In this document: positions 30,860 to 41,138 of the stretch, piece after piece
Layout: every line of letters begins with the position of its first letter
Numbering within the stretch: position 1 is the stretch's first letter
NCBI GenBank assembly: GCA_965200965.1
Contig: OZ241744.1
Span: 2,912,001 to 2,976,000 of the forward strand
DNA: 64,000 nt
Direction: 5' to 3'
Source of the DNA: an uncultured Candidatus Binatia bacterium
GTDB taxonomy: Bacteria; Desulfobacterota; Binatia; Bin18
Notes under the pieces: model-generated
What the model was told of the DNA's origin: nothing
Seen by the model: only the letters and a program-made list of their open reading frames with translations
Databases searched by the model: none
Position numbers and translations under genes: made by a program

Positions 30860-33797
30860 TGTCGCCTGGGCCCAGAAGAATAGTGAGCATACGCCCGACA
30901 ATGTGGCTCCGGCGGTCCCCGCTCAATCCCAGAAGCGGGCGATACAGAGCCGCCCGCAGCCGCCGCTCCTCCTCTGCGCTGTCGGCTGCGTTGGGGAAGC
31001 GGCTGCGCAAGGCTTCCACTTCCCGCGCCATGTTTATTGTCGATATGTCGGCGGCCTTCAGGGCGGGGTCATCCTTGAGTGCCCAGTGAATGCCGAAGGC
31101 GCGGGGCGACAGCCCGCTGTTCTTCAGGGCCGTGAGCGCCGCTTCTTTCTCCTCGGCCAGGCTGGCCAGCAGTTCCAGTGCCGCCAGCCCGGTCGTTTTG
31201 CGGTCTTCCAGGTCCTTCACGATGCGTTCGGCGCGCTCCTTCAGGGACAGCAGCACGGACTGCATATCCGGCGTGTTCTCGACTTCCTGTCGCAGGCCGC
31301 GCACGAGGTTGAATACCTTGGCCTCGGCTGTCCCTCGCTCGCCACGAAGCGCTGTGAGGGTGCTCACGTCAAACATGACTGTCTTTGTCGGCTGGCCAAG
31401 CCCTTGCTGGGCCGCGCTCTCCTGCACCATGAAGCGTGTCTTGTTGGCCAGATCAACGGCATAGTTGACGCGGCTGGCGTAGGCGTTCCGCACGGCAGTG
31501 TACAGATGGGCGAGCCGCCTGTAGGTCGTGATGTGGTCGCGCAGGGCCGGCGAGGGTGACAGAATCTCCCACAGCGCCTCAATCTCTTTGTAGGCTTCAC
31601 AGAACGCCTGGCGCGGCTCCGGGTCAATGAAGCGCCCATAGACGATTCTTTCGAGACCTTCGTCCGCGCTGCCACCCCCTGCGTCGGCGAGGGAGTCTGT
31701 CCTGGCCTTTTCAATCTTGTTCAGAAAATCCTGTCGCAACAGGTCGAGGTCTTCAATCACATTGCCAACATCGGACGAGTCAAACTGGAGGGCCTTTTTC
31801 AGTTCGCGCAGCACACCCACAAAGTCAACGACGAGGCCGATGGGTTTGCGGACGCCGTCCGCGTCTACATGGGGGCGGTTGACGCGGGCGATTGCCTGCA
31901 AAAGAACATGATCGCGCATTGGCTTGTCGAGGTACAGGCAGTACAGGAGCGGGGCGTCGTAGCCCGTCAGCAGCTTATCCGTCACAATGAGTATCCTGGG
32001 GTTCTCGCCCGCCTTCTTGAACAGCAGGCGTACATCGGCCTCGCGTTCTGGAGAGAGCTGGAGGTCGGCGACGAGCGGCCGGTCAACAATATCGGCGGCG
32101 TTGCGGGTATAGACCGGCGCGGTCCAGGCGGGCGGCAGGAGTGCGTCGAGGGCGCGCTTGTACTTGGCACAGGCTTCGCGGTTCACGCCGACCAGGAACG
32201 CCTTGTAGCCGAGTGGCGCGACATTCTCCCTGAAGTGCCTGGCGACAAAGGCAGCGACCTTGTCTATGCGGTCATCCGCGGTCAGGAAGGTCCGCAGGCC
32301 AACCGCCCGGTCAAGGACGGTGTTGAGTTCGTCAATGTCGCTCACGCCCTCAGTCTCGGCCAGGGCAAAGAACTCGCGATCGAGCCGCTCGGCCGGCATG
32401 GTCATGGTGCTCGGGGCCAGGGTGTGGCGGAGCGGCAGGGTTGTTTCGTCTCTGATGGACTCAGCGATGGGGTACTTGTCGAGATATTTCTGGTCGTCGT
32501 CCGCACCGAATATCTTGAAGGTGCTCTCGCCCTGCGTGGTCCGGTCAATCGGCGTGCCGGTGAATCCGATGATCGTGGCCTTGGGCACAGCCGCCATCAG
32601 GTAGGTGCCCAGCTCTTTGGCGACCGAGCGGTGCGCCTCGTCAATGAACACATAGACGTTGTCGCGGGTGGTGGCGTCTTTCTCCAGACCCTCAAACTTG
32701 TGGATCATGGACAGGATCAGGCCACGCTTGTCGGTGCTGAACAGCTCCCGCAGTTCGGCTCTGGAGTTTGCGTGCCACACCGCGATGTCCTGCCGCTGCA
32801 TCTCGCCGAGCAGCTTTTCGACCCAGCCCGCGAGCTGGCCTTCGAGTTCCCTGCGGTCCACCACGACCACCACGGTCGGCGTGCGGAACCGGTGGCGGTC
32901 TTCCAGGATCAGCCGCGCCGCGGTGAGCAGGGTAAAGGTCTTGCCCGACCCCTGGGTGTGCCAGATCAGCCCGCGCCGCTTTGTCGGGTCGGCGCAGCGT
33001 TCAACGATGCGGTCCACCGCGACGCGCTGGTGCTGGCGCAGCACCGACTTCCGCGTCTCGCCGTCTTCGACGTAGAAGAGAATCCAGTCGCGCAGGGTGC
33101 GCAGGAAAGCGGCCGGCTCGAAGAACGACTGAACGGCAAAGCGGTAGCTCTCCTGCGGCCGTTCCTTCCAACGCGCCATGAAGCGGCGCGAGGCGTTCCA
33201 GGTCACGCCGTACCAGTAGTCAAGGAGATGGGTGACGTTGAAAAGCTGGGCCGCGGCCAGCAGCTCGGGCGTCTCTTTTTCATAGCGCTGCAACTGGGTG
33301 ATACCCCGTTTAATGGCGTCGGCGTCTGTCGGGTTCTTGTGCTCAACAATGGCGGCCGGTACGCCGTTGACAACGAACATCAGGTCTGCACGGTTGCCCT
33401 TGCGGGCCGGGGGCTTGAGCCTCCACTCCCAGCTCACATGCAAGGCATTGGCGGCCGGCGTCTCAAAATCAACGAGCCGGACGGGCCGCTGACGCCGCTC
33501 GGCCTCGTCGTAGCACTGCCGCTCGCCACGCAGCCAGGCGAGCATCTCACGGTTGCCATCTATCGTTGGTGGCAGCGCTTCGAGCTTCTCGATCACGGCG
33601 CGGATAGCGTCCGCGGGCAGCCACGGGTTGAAGCGCCCAAGGGCGGCCTCGACCTCATCGCGCACCAGTGTCCCGGCCTCGCCCCCGCGCTTGCGCAGCG
33701 CGGCATGGGGCGCAAGCGGCGTCCAGCCGACCGCCGCGACGTGGCGGATCATCGGAAACTGGACGCTGGTTGCCTCGGTGATACTGAGGTCGGTCAC
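30846..33797 (-). CDS. hsdR: Type I restriction endonuclease subunit R
   Basis: ADL..VNGVP..IVEHK nuclease motif, [38 protein letters not shown]. Confidence 0.95.
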   Translation of the reverse strand: MTDLSITEATSVQFPMIRHVAAVGWTPLAPHAALRKRGGEAGTLVRDEVEAALGRFNPWLPADAIRAVIEKLEALPPTIDGNREMLAWLRGERQCYDEAERRQRPVRLVDFETPAANALHVSWEWRLKPPARKGNRADLMFVVNGVPAAIVEHKNPTDADAIKRGITQLQRYEKETPELLAAAQLFNVTHLLDYWYGVTWNASRRFMARWKERPQESYRFAVQSFFEPAAFLRTLRDWILFYVEDGETRKSVLRQHQRVAVDRIVERCADPTKRRGLIWHTQGSGKTFTLLTAARLILEDRHRFRTPTVVVVVDRRELEGQLAGWVEKLLGEMQRQDIAVWHANSRAELRELFSTDKRGLILSMIHKFEGLEKDATTRDNVYVFIDEAHRSVAKELGTYLMAAVPKATIIGFTGTPIDRTTQGESTFKIFGADDDQKYLDKYPIAESIRDETTLPLRHTLAPSTMTMPAERLDREFFALAETEGVSDIDELNTVLDRAVGLRTFLTADDRIDKVAAFVARHFRENVAPLGYKAFLVGVNREACAKYKRALDALLPPAWTAPVYTRNAADIVDRPLVADLQLSPEREADVRLLFKKAGENPRILIVTDKLLTGYDAPLLYCLYLDKPMRDHVLLQAIARVNRPHVDADGVRKPIGLVVDFVGVLRELKKALQFDSSDVGNVIEDLDLLRQDFLNKIEKARTDSLADAGGGSADEGLERIVYGRFIDPEPRQAFCEAYKEIEALWEILSPSPALRDHITTYRRLAHLYTAVRNAYASRVNYAVDLANKTRFMVQESAAQQGLGQPTKTVMFDVSTLTALRGERGTAEAKVFNLVRGLRQEVENTPDMQSVLLSLKERAERIVKDLEDRKTTGLAALELLASLAEEKEAALTALKNSGLSPRAFGIHWALKDDPALKAADISTINMAREVEALRSRFPNAADSAEEERRLRAALYRPLLGLSGDRRSHIVGRMLTILLGPGDNAGT

Positions 33798-33800
33798 GAC
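33568..33800 (-). repeat. 233-bp direct repeat, copy in intact hsdR 5' end
   Basis: 8 mismatches versus 35659-35891 by manual alignment. Confidence 0.92.
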
Positions 33801-35485
33801 GAAACTTCCCTGTCGGCCTTCAGCAGGGCGTGAACAAGGTCGGCCCGGCGGAAGGTTGCCGACAGGCGTTGCAGCGTCCGCTCTCTGTCGCTGAACAGCG
33901 GGGCAAGCGCCTCTCCAATCTGTTGCTCGGCCCGCGACACATAGCTGTTCGCCTCGTGTTCGATCAGGTCCCGCGCCTGCCCGAAGTTCCGGTGGTCAAG
34001 CTGCTGGAGCTTAACCTCCATATCTTTCAGGAGATAGCGACCCATGAGCATGGCGATGAAACGCGAACCATAGGCGAGAAAGTCAGGCGCGTCTTGGGGC
34101 GGCCTCTTGCGGCGGTTTTCCGCGTGTCTGAGCAACAGGGCGGCGCTGATCGCTTGTGCTCCGTTCAGGTTTTTCTCAAAGATCGTATCGTACAACGCGC
34201 CGAAACGTTCCCGGCCCCTGAACCTGGCCTGATGCGGACGGTTACGCCAGACCGCCAGGACCGCTTCGGCAATGACTGCACTCGTAAACTCATCAGCCGT
34301 CACCGTCCGGTCCTCACGTTTGGCGCGGTACTTGTAGCCCAAACCGGCAATCGCCTCGGCGAGGTTTTTTTGATGTGGATCGTTGGCTTTCAAATCTCGC
34401 AGATCGACCGGATTCTGGCTGTTGGTGGCGAAGGTAATGGCCTCAACAAGTTCGCTGTCGTCCGGCGGAAGCTCGTATATGCGGACAAGCACTTCCGCCG
34501 CTCCGATTTCTGGTCCGATTTCCGCGTATACCCGCTGAACGGTGCGGGCGGTCTGTACGCCGTTCACGATTTGCAGGTCGTTCACCTGCACGGGCCAATT
34601 GACCCGTTGCAGCGCGTTGTGGCGAAACTGGGAGCAGGTGAGGGTGAGGCCATTGTTATAGAAATAGAAGTTGGCCCGCTGGTCCGGGTCGCGCAACGTG
34701 TCCGCCACCGCTTCGTTCACGCGGTTGCCGGCAAGGCCCAGATAGTGGCGGATATTCCTTTCAAATAATTTATTGTCGTAGGTCGTGGTCAGATGGACGA
34801 GTTCGGCGACGGACATGCGCCCGATCAAGACCCGCCGAAAGTCAAAGGTTTCGACGGTCGCTTGCCCGCTGAGCTTCAACTCGGCGCTGATCGGCTGTCT
34901 GGCCTTCAAGAGTGCGAGGATATCTTCGGGGCCAATATAGCGCCATTCGACCTGCCTGCTGAACTCCTTTTCGGCGTTGTTGATACGTTGCTGCGCTTCC
35001 CCTGTCCACCGCTTCCCATTGTTTGCCGCAACCGCGGTCACGCGCGGAATTGCGCCCCCTTTGACAAACGACCGGATTTCTTCGACCCGCTGCTCGAGTC
35101 GTTGATTCAAACTGACGGTGGTTGTCGGGTCAAAGAGTGTGCCGATTGCGTCAATCATCCTGGCGATTGCGTTTTCGGGGAAGGCTGAGTCTCCGCTGAG
35201 GTCTGTTTTGTATTTTCCCTGGATCAGGATGATGGGGATCTCACCGTTATCGGGCGGATAAAAGTACAGCGCGTCAACCCCGAAATCGTTGCCGCCATCG
35301 ACAATGCCGTCAAACGCCTCCTCGTCGGTCAGGTCGAATGCCGTTTTGGCGACAAGGAACAGGAAGGCTGCGGTGCGTTTCTTGTGCTCGTCGCTTCCTA
35401 GCCGCAGTTCAGCGGCAAAAGTATCGGTGTGTTTCTCGATGATGCCGGAGACCTGCTGGTCAACGATCTGCGTCGCTAGAGACAT
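33794..35485 (-). CDS. AIPR family (abortive infection phage resistance) protein
   Basis: [10 protein letters not shown]...IQGK N-terminal nuclease-like motif; [38 protein letters not shown]. Confidence 0.9.
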   Translation of the reverse strand: MSLATQIVDQQVSGIIEKHTDTFAAELRLGSDEHKKRTAAFLFLVAKTAFDLTDEEAFDGIVDGGNDFGVDALYFYPPDNGEIPIILIQGKYKTDLSGDSAFPENAIARMIDAIGTLFDPTTTVSLNQRLEQRVEEIRSFVKGGAIPRVTAVAANNGKRWTGEAQQRINNAEKEFSRQVEWRYIGPEDILALLKARQPISAELKLSGQATVETFDFRRVLIGRMSVAELVHLTTTYDNKLFERNIRHYLGLAGNRVNEAVADTLRDPDQRANFYFYNNGLTLTCSQFRHNALQRVNWPVQVNDLQIVNGVQTARTVQRVYAEIGPEIGAAEVLVRIYELPPDDSELVEAITFATNSQNPVDLRDLKANDPHQKNLAEAIAGLGYKYRAKREDRTVTADEFTSAVIAEAVLAVWRNRPHQARFRGRERFGALYDTIFEKNLNGAQAISAALLLRHAENRRKRPPQDAPDFLAYGSRFIAMLMGRYLLKDMEVKLQQLDHRNFGQARDLIEHEANSYVSRAEQQIGEALAPLFSDRERTLQRLSATFRRADLVHALLKADREVSS

Positions 35486-35658
35486 GGCCCTCCTCCATTA
35501 TCTACTGTTGGTCATATAGCTCCTGCTTCGGCTACTGACGTGCTGGCACGAGACCTTTTGCTTGAAATGTAGTTGCGCATGGCCTTGCCCTCAAGAACTT
35601 GCTGGTAAGTTGAAGATATCGCGCTTCAGTTGTTCGTACACGGGCATTCCTGGTTTTC

Positions 35659-35891
35659 GGTGGCAGCGCTTCGATTTTTTCAATCACGGCGCAGATAGCG
35701 TCCGCGGGCAGCCACGGGTTGAAGCGCCCAAGGGCAGCCTCGACCTCATCGCGCACCAGTGTCCCGGCCTCACCCCCGCGCTTGCGCAGCGCGGCATGGG
35801 GCGCAAGCGGCGTCCAGCCGACCGCCGCGACGTGGCGGATCATCGGAAACTGGACGCTGGTTGCCTCGGTGATGCTGAGGTCGGTCACGAC
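35659..35891 (-). pseudogene. hsdR: Truncated duplicate of hsdR 5' end (about 77 codons)
   Basis: [16 protein letters not shown]...KIEALPP then unrelated sequence. Confidence 0.9.
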
Positions 35892-35909
35892 AATTCCTAT
35901 CAAGTCCAA

Positions 35910-36512
35910 CTATGAGTTGGCCCGTCTCATTGGTCGGCTCAAGTCGTACTGGCAGCGGCTGCGATCCTCAAAGGCTGCATCAACCAGGGACTTGAGTCTC
36001 CTCACGTTGAGTCTCTTCCAGGGTATGACCGAAATTTTAGCCTCCGGCTTCAGGAAATTGTCGATAAGCCGGTCAGGCATGTAGGGATATCTGCGCTCAT
36101 ACTCCGCCCTGGTGTTGAGCGATGTCCACGAGAAGTCTGGATAGATCTCCTTTTCTGCTTCTCCGTGAGATATCCGAATTTCTTCGTCACCGCTGTATGG
36201 GGTAGGCAGTGTGATAACTAAGATTCCCGACTTCTTATTGACCCGACCATCGTACATGCTTGAATAGATTTCCCAATCAACATGCTTCCTCCGCTTCGTC
36301 TGGGTTCCAACCAAGACAATCGTCACCGTGGAGTCTCTGAGATAATCGTCCCTGATTTTCTCCCGGATGCTCTCATCACTGAGGCTGTCCGAAATGTCGC
36401 CTGTATCGACCGACTGATCGATGAATATGGAGTGTTGCTCCCCCCAATTAACCAGGCTCTCTTTGTACCGCTGATCGTTCTCGTGGTGATAGCTGATGAA
36501 TACCTTATGCAC
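35910..36512 (-). CDS. TIR domain protein (ThsB/DUF1863-like)
   Basis: HKVFISYHH..D, IRDDYLRDSTVTIVLVG..T..RKHVDWEI with catalytic-type Glu; GGAGG RBS before GTG. Confidence 0.88.
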   Translation of the reverse strand: MHKVFISYHHENDQRYKESLVNWGEQHSIFIDQSVDTGDISDSLSDESIREKIRDDYLRDSTVTIVLVGTQTKRRKHVDWEIYSSMYDGRVNKKSGILVITLPTPYSGDEEIRISHGEAEKEIYPDFSWTSLNTRAEYERRYPYMPDRLIDNFLKPEAKISVIPWKRLNVRRLKSLVDAAFEDRSRCQYDLSRPMRRANS

Positions 36513-37353
36513 TGGGGCCTCCTTTGGATTTGATATCAGTCGGATCACGGAGTATCTGCTTCAGACCCCGCGATACGAGCGTGACCGCCTGGTCGATATG
36601 CGGCGTCCGAGCGAGAAGGGCGTTCTCTTCGTCAGATAGTCCGTTGTGCAGATCGTTCGGCGAGTAGTGCGCAAAGCCCGGGCGACCGTCCCAGGTGCCT
36701 CGAGACCCGGCCCAGGAATCTACAAGCCCGAGCGTTTCCGCGATATCACGAGCACAGCCACCGAAGCCGCCAATCAGGAAGAGCGACTGGCCAGTCTCAA
36801 GCGACAGCAGGGCTTCTTCGGCGATGCCTGGCATCCGTCCTTTGTAGCCCTCTACCCGCCCGCCGAGCACGATACGCGCGTGGGTCTCATCCCGCATAAC
36901 AACCCGCATCGTTGTCAGACCTTCGGCCCACTCATTGGCGTCAGGCTCATGTGTCGGGAGTTTCAGGCGTTGCTCCGGCTCCAGGCGAGCGCCGTCCTGT
37001 GCAAGAAAGATGAGCGCCGCTGAGCTTTCATGGCCAGCCGAAAAGTCAGTAAGGGCGGCCGCCGTCATCCGGATGTGAACGGGCCAAGCCAGGTAGTCGG
37101 TCACGGCAATCTGTCCACCGTGATCGGGGTGGCCCCGATAGCGCGCAAGCAGTTCAAACAACAGTTCAGTAAAGCCATGAGTGCGCAGGTCGCCACCGTA
37201 TGCCAGACATGTTCCTGAAGAGAGCACCTGCAACGCAATCTTGGCCATCGCATATTGCAGGTGCTCGTTGCTCAGTCCGAACACCGCCATATCAGGACTT
37301 TCCGATATCGAAATTGCGACCGTAGGCAGTACCTTGGCGTCTTGAAGTATCAT
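36505..37353 (-). CDS. Stand-alone SLOG domain protein (TIR-associated type)
   Basis: VAISISES, LAYGGDLR..GFT, LTTMR, ARIVLGG...YKGRMPGIAEE, LFLIGGFGG. Confidence 0.8.
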   Translation of the reverse strand: MILQDAKVLPTVAISISESPDMAVFGLSNEHLQYAMAKIALQVLSSGTCLAYGGDLRTHGFTELLFELLARYRGHPDHGGQIAVTDYLAWPVHIRMTAAALTDFSAGHESSAALIFLAQDGARLEPEQRLKLPTHEPDANEWAEGLTTMRVVMRDETHARIVLGGRVEGYKGRMPGIAEEALLSLETGQSLFLIGGFGGCARDIAETLGLVDSWAGSRGTWDGRPGFAHYSPNDLHNGLSDEENALLARTPHIDQAVTLVSRGLKQILRDPTDIKSKGGPSA

Positions 37354-38546
37354 TGGATTTCCTCCAGCCATTTCTTCAGTGTCCGCAGGCGCACATTCGG
37401 TGCAATCTCCTGGAACAAGCGAGCCTCATCAGTGCCTAGGAGCGGTTCAGGATAGACAATTGTCGAATCTCTTCCACCCTGAAGCTCTTGCAACGCAGCT
37501 AACAAGATCAGTTCCGGCGGTCGAGCCGTGAACAGCACCTGAGGGTAGGCGTCTTTGAATCGCTCGACACGGCAGCGCCATAGGTAGGTTCGGAAAACTT
37601 CGGCAAGCAAGCATTCGATGACCGCATCAATCCGGCCCTGCCGATCCTGCTGATCTGGGTTCATCCGAACGATCGGAACATTCCCCATGTACGGGATACC
37701 GCGCTGGTCGGTGTCGCGCAGGCAATCAACGACAATCATCGGTACATGGCGGCGCTTGGCCTCAATGACCTCTCGCCGGCACCACTCGCGGCACGAATAG
37801 GAGTCCGTGTGCAACGCCATGACGATGCTGGTTTCGATCTCATGTAACAGAACCTTTTGGAAGGGCGAGCCAGCCGGGATGTCAAGGACATCGAAAAAAC
37901 TCGCCAAAGCACTGTGCTTATGGAGCCAATTCCGAATCCTCCGCGCAACAGGTTCACCGTCGTTGTCGTGCTTCGAGTGGCTGATGAATACCTGAATTTT
38001 CTCCAGGTAACTTGCAAGCGGTGCCTCTGCTGTTTCAGGTCGGCGGAGCAGGCTGAGGCGATGCCTGAGCATTCGACTGAACTCATAGGTCAGACTGCTG
38101 ACGAGGCGTTGCTCCCGTTCCGGGTGTGATCCTTTCCAACGGTCCCAACGCAATGCCTGCTCCTCAAGGCGAAGATCAAGGCCCTTGGGCTCCATCACAA
38201 CAGGGATGAGCCGAGTGGTGAGATCTCTCGTCTGGGTGTTCTGTGCCAGTTCACGAACATAGTCTGTCCATGCCCGATCGTCGACAAGCGCTGCGTCTAG
38301 CAGAACAACAGCGGTGGTCGTTTCTGCCTCGTCCCACTCGATCGGCAATGGCGCAAGCGCGCCGGCTGGCGCTTGGTTACGGTAGAGAACGCTCAACCCG
38401 GAGTCTCCGGCAACGTTTCGATGGCAGTCTCGCCCGAAACGCCTGCGAAGCAGGTCCGCCACTTGGCCGCCGTTTGCATTTGAGGGGTGCCAGACGACAT
38501 AGAGAGCGAAAAGTGGCCGGGTTGTTGTTTCCATGTCGTCGTTCAT
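37350..38546 (-). CDS. TIR domain protein with extra N-terminal domain
   Basis: IQVFISHSKHD, FFDVLDIPAG..F, TDSYSCREWCRREVIEAK; C-terminal RPPE, YPEPLLG. Confidence 0.85.
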   Translation of the reverse strand: MNDDMETTTRPLFALYVVWHPSNANGGQVADLLRRRFGRDCHRNVAGDSGLSVLYRNQAPAGALAPLPIEWDEAETTTAVVLLDAALVDDRAWTDYVRELAQNTQTRDLTTRLIPVVMEPKGLDLRLEEQALRWDRWKGSHPEREQRLVSSLTYEFSRMLRHRLSLLRRPETAEAPLASYLEKIQVFISHSKHDNDGEPVARRIRNWLHKHSALASFFDVLDIPAGSPFQKVLLHEIETSIVMALHTDSYSCREWCRREVIEAKRRHVPMIVVDCLRDTDQRGIPYMGNVPIVRMNPDQQDRQGRIDAVIECLLAEVFRTYLWRCRVERFKDAYPQVLFTARPPELILLAALQELQGGRDSTIVYPEPLLGTDEARLFQEIAPNVRLRTLKKWLEEIQ

Positions 38547-39817
38547 GCCTGAAGAGCCGGCGTTACCCCTGACAAATCAAGCTCACCCACTCGAATCTCG
38601 CCCGTCATCAGCTTGTGCAGCAACGCCTTGAACAGGTCGTCCAGCGCCGCCCGTTTCCTGCGGTGCAGGTCAATTTTGCGGTCTATGGCGTCAAGGATGA
38701 TGACGATTTCACGTTGCTCGTCAAGATTGGGAGCAGGCATCAAGAGCTCGCCGAGCCGTGCATGTGAAAGGTTCGGAATCGTCGTGCGGTTGCCGGCACC
38801 TTCATAAATGCCTCGATGAAGAAAGCCTTCCTCAAGCCAGAACATTGCAAATTTTGGGACGATCCGCCCAGGGGCCAGGGGACGCAAGCGGTGTAGGTGG
38901 TTCTGAAATGTGGTGTTTGTGCCCTTAGCCTCATCCTCCCAAACGGCGGCCCGTCCAATTTCTCCTCCCTCGCATACTAATAAGTCTCCTTTCTTCAGGT
39001 CACGGTCTCCAATCGACGCCGGGTCAATGCGCATGTGACTCACCGTGCTTAACTCTATACGTCCCCAATAGACATTGGATGTGCGAAGGAAGGGAACGCC
39101 CTGTCCATTTTCCGACAAATTCCTTTTCAGAGAAAATCCTTGTACAATATCAAAAAGCGTACCGAACGGTGTCGGCTGCCAACTCTCCGGTATTAGGCCG
39201 ATCTCGGTTTCCTTCTGGGCTTCGCCCCGCAGGCCGCGTGTGAACAGCGTGTGCATTGCGGAGCGTTTGAGGTCATGGGCCGCAGCTAATGCGTTGTCCT
39301 GGTTCGCTATTGAACGCCTGACGAAATCGAGCGTACTGGCTATTGAAGACTGCTCCTCGAAAGACGGAACAAAAATATCTATCCGGTTGATCTTTTCACG
39401 GTTCAAGGTATTTCCCTTGATTTGTCGGTCTTGTAGAGCCGTGTAGTCAACCTGTGAGAGAAAATAGCCGAGGTATCTCTGATTGATTCCGCTCTTTGGG
39501 ATAATTGAGATTATCGCTTCGTTGTGACAAGCGTTGATTCCGAGTGTTGCAATGCGTCCTATAGTCAATTTGAAACTCATCAGAAGAGTTCCGGCGGGAA
39601 CGATCTGTCCACGGAACACATTCTCCATTGCTTCGGAGGTAACTGTTTCTTTCGTTTTGGTAATCAGACCGAAGTCATTCATGTCTGATATCGTGACCCA
39701 TGGGACATTTGCATTGCTTCCTTGCCAATAAGCAGAGTTATCCCGAGCTGGAGTACGACCAGCTTTGTAGGTTGCTATGTCTTCAAAACGACATACTGTC
39801 CAGGAATCAGGAATCAT
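38543..39817 (-). CDS. hsdS: Type I restriction specificity subunit
   Basis: IPDSW/IPESW repeats, two TRDs, P..EEQ..I conserved helices, KLMTGEIRV. Confidence 0.93.
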   Translation of the reverse strand: MIPDSWTVCRFEDIATYKAGRTPARDNSAYWQGSNANVPWVTISDMNDFGLITKTKETVTSEAMENVFRGQIVPAGTLLMSFKLTIGRIATLGINACHNEAIISIIPKSGINQRYLGYFLSQVDYTALQDRQIKGNTLNREKINRIDIFVPSFEEQSSIASTLDFVRRSIANQDNALAAAHDLKRSAMHTLFTRGLRGEAQKETEIGLIPESWQPTPFGTLFDIVQGFSLKRNLSENGQGVPFLRTSNVYWGRIELSTVSHMRIDPASIGDRDLKKGDLLVCEGGEIGRAAVWEDEAKGTNTTFQNHLHRLRPLAPGRIVPKFAMFWLEEGFLHRGIYEGAGNRTTIPNLSHARLGELLMPAPNLDEQREIVIILDAIDRKIDLHRRKRAALDDLFKALLHKLMTGEIRVGELDLSGVTPALQA

Positions 39818-41069
39818 TGTCAGGGGCCCTTTTAGGAATGTTGAACGCCTGGACAGCCAGATAGATATCCCTGCCAGGATCGTTTTTTTGCCGAAATGAG
39901 TATCGGGTATGCGTATCGTTGACTTTGCGCAGTTTGCGCTTGAAATTTGGATGCTGGGGAATAGTTTTCTCTATGCGGTTGAGGACATTAGTGAAATCAG
40001 CATTCTTGCTGAATATCACCAGCGCTGCTTTTGTATCTCTCCATGTAAGATATCCAAGAATCTGCTCTATGGCAGCGTGCATCGCCTTTGGTCCAGACCA
40101 GAACTTGCATTCGGCTATGAACACGTTCCGACCATCTGCACGGATCAGAATGTCTGTCTTGCCCTGTGCGTTGAATGTCTCACCAGTCGCTCCGCCCTCG
40201 TAGAGACCATTTAGGCTCACCAAGATAAGATCTCGTATCTGTTGTTCCTCCAGATGCACAAAGGTACTCGGGTTTCGCTCAATTGATATGGAGAGATTAT
40301 CAATGACCTCTAAAATATCGTTGTATTGAGCATCAGAAAGCTCTGGCTCCGGCTTGAATGTTTCTTTGGGCGATGATGGTACGTCAATTTTGCGTTTCTT
40401 TCGGACTATTGGGATAGCGGCAGTAGCCGCGGTGTTCTCACGTCTCTTGAGCGGTAAACCAATGGCCTTCACCATATCGGCTTGTTCGAGAATCCGCTGC
40501 TTGCGATCTCGTACACACTGCTCGGCTAAAGATTGAACACGCCCATTCCAGCCATTGCAGTCGTTTTTCACATAGTTCAAATTATGTTCAATACGATCTA
40601 TTTCGTTCAGAATTGCTTGACGAGTTTGATGAGCGTCAAGCCTAACATCTTGAAACGAGATTAGAATCTCAGATTCCGATATGCGTCCACGCGGCGGATT
40701 GGATGCAAAGGTTGATGCTTGGAATCTGAAGAAATCTCCGTCTCCCTCAAAGGGAATAGAGATGGTTACATATGACCCGGAAACGTAATGCGGATGGCTT
40801 CGATCAAATATCCCATATTCAAAACGGCCGCTTACGTCAATGCGCGTTTCGCCCTCGCTTTCGATATACCTTTGGTCGGGGAGCAAGCGGGGTGGATCAA
40901 GCGTGAATTTTTCGACAAGGTAGGCAACCAGATCGGATTCACTCGTCGCTAGAATCTTGTTTCGCTCCCAACCCTCCACCTCCTTGATAATCTCAGTCTC
41001 ATAGGCGTCTATCAATGCGCGAAGATCCTTTTCGCGGAAGAGAAGATAGTGTTCTGAACGTGACATCAT
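39807..41069 (-). CDS. Hypothetical protein with C-terminal PD-(D/E)XK-like nuclease domain
   Basis: EQQIRD..GETFNAQGKTDILI...FIAECKFW..Q..GYLTWRD; low GC; overlaps the hsdS start. Confidence 0.7.
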   Translation of the reverse strand: MMSRSEHYLLFREKDLRALIDAYETEIIKEVEGWERNKILATSESDLVAYLVEKFTLDPPRLLPDQRYIESEGETRIDVSGRFEYGIFDRSHPHYVSGSYVTISIPFEGDGDFFRFQASTFASNPPRGRISESEILISFQDVRLDAHQTRQAILNEIDRIEHNLNYVKNDCNGWNGRVQSLAEQCVRDRKQRILEQADMVKAIGLPLKRRENTAATAAIPIVRKKRKIDVPSSPKETFKPEPELSDAQYNDILEVIDNLSISIERNPSTFVHLEEQQIRDLILVSLNGLYEGGATGETFNAQGKTDILIRADGRNVFIAECKFWSGPKAMHAAIEQILGYLTWRDTKAALVIFSKNADFTNVLNRIEKTIPQHPNFKRKLRKVNDTHTRYSFRQKNDPGRDIYLAVQAFNIPKRAPDNDS

Positions 41070-41138
41070 TTTTACTCCATGCCCAGCGTATTGACTATAC
41101 AAGATCGCAGTCCACAAATGAACATTCTTCCGATCTCG

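Noticed and set aside
31869-33833. Long antisense ORFs (e.g. 654 aa opposite hsdR, 494 aa at 53897-55381, 485 aa at 51357-52814)
   Set aside because: Shadow frames of high-GC genes with no protein motifs
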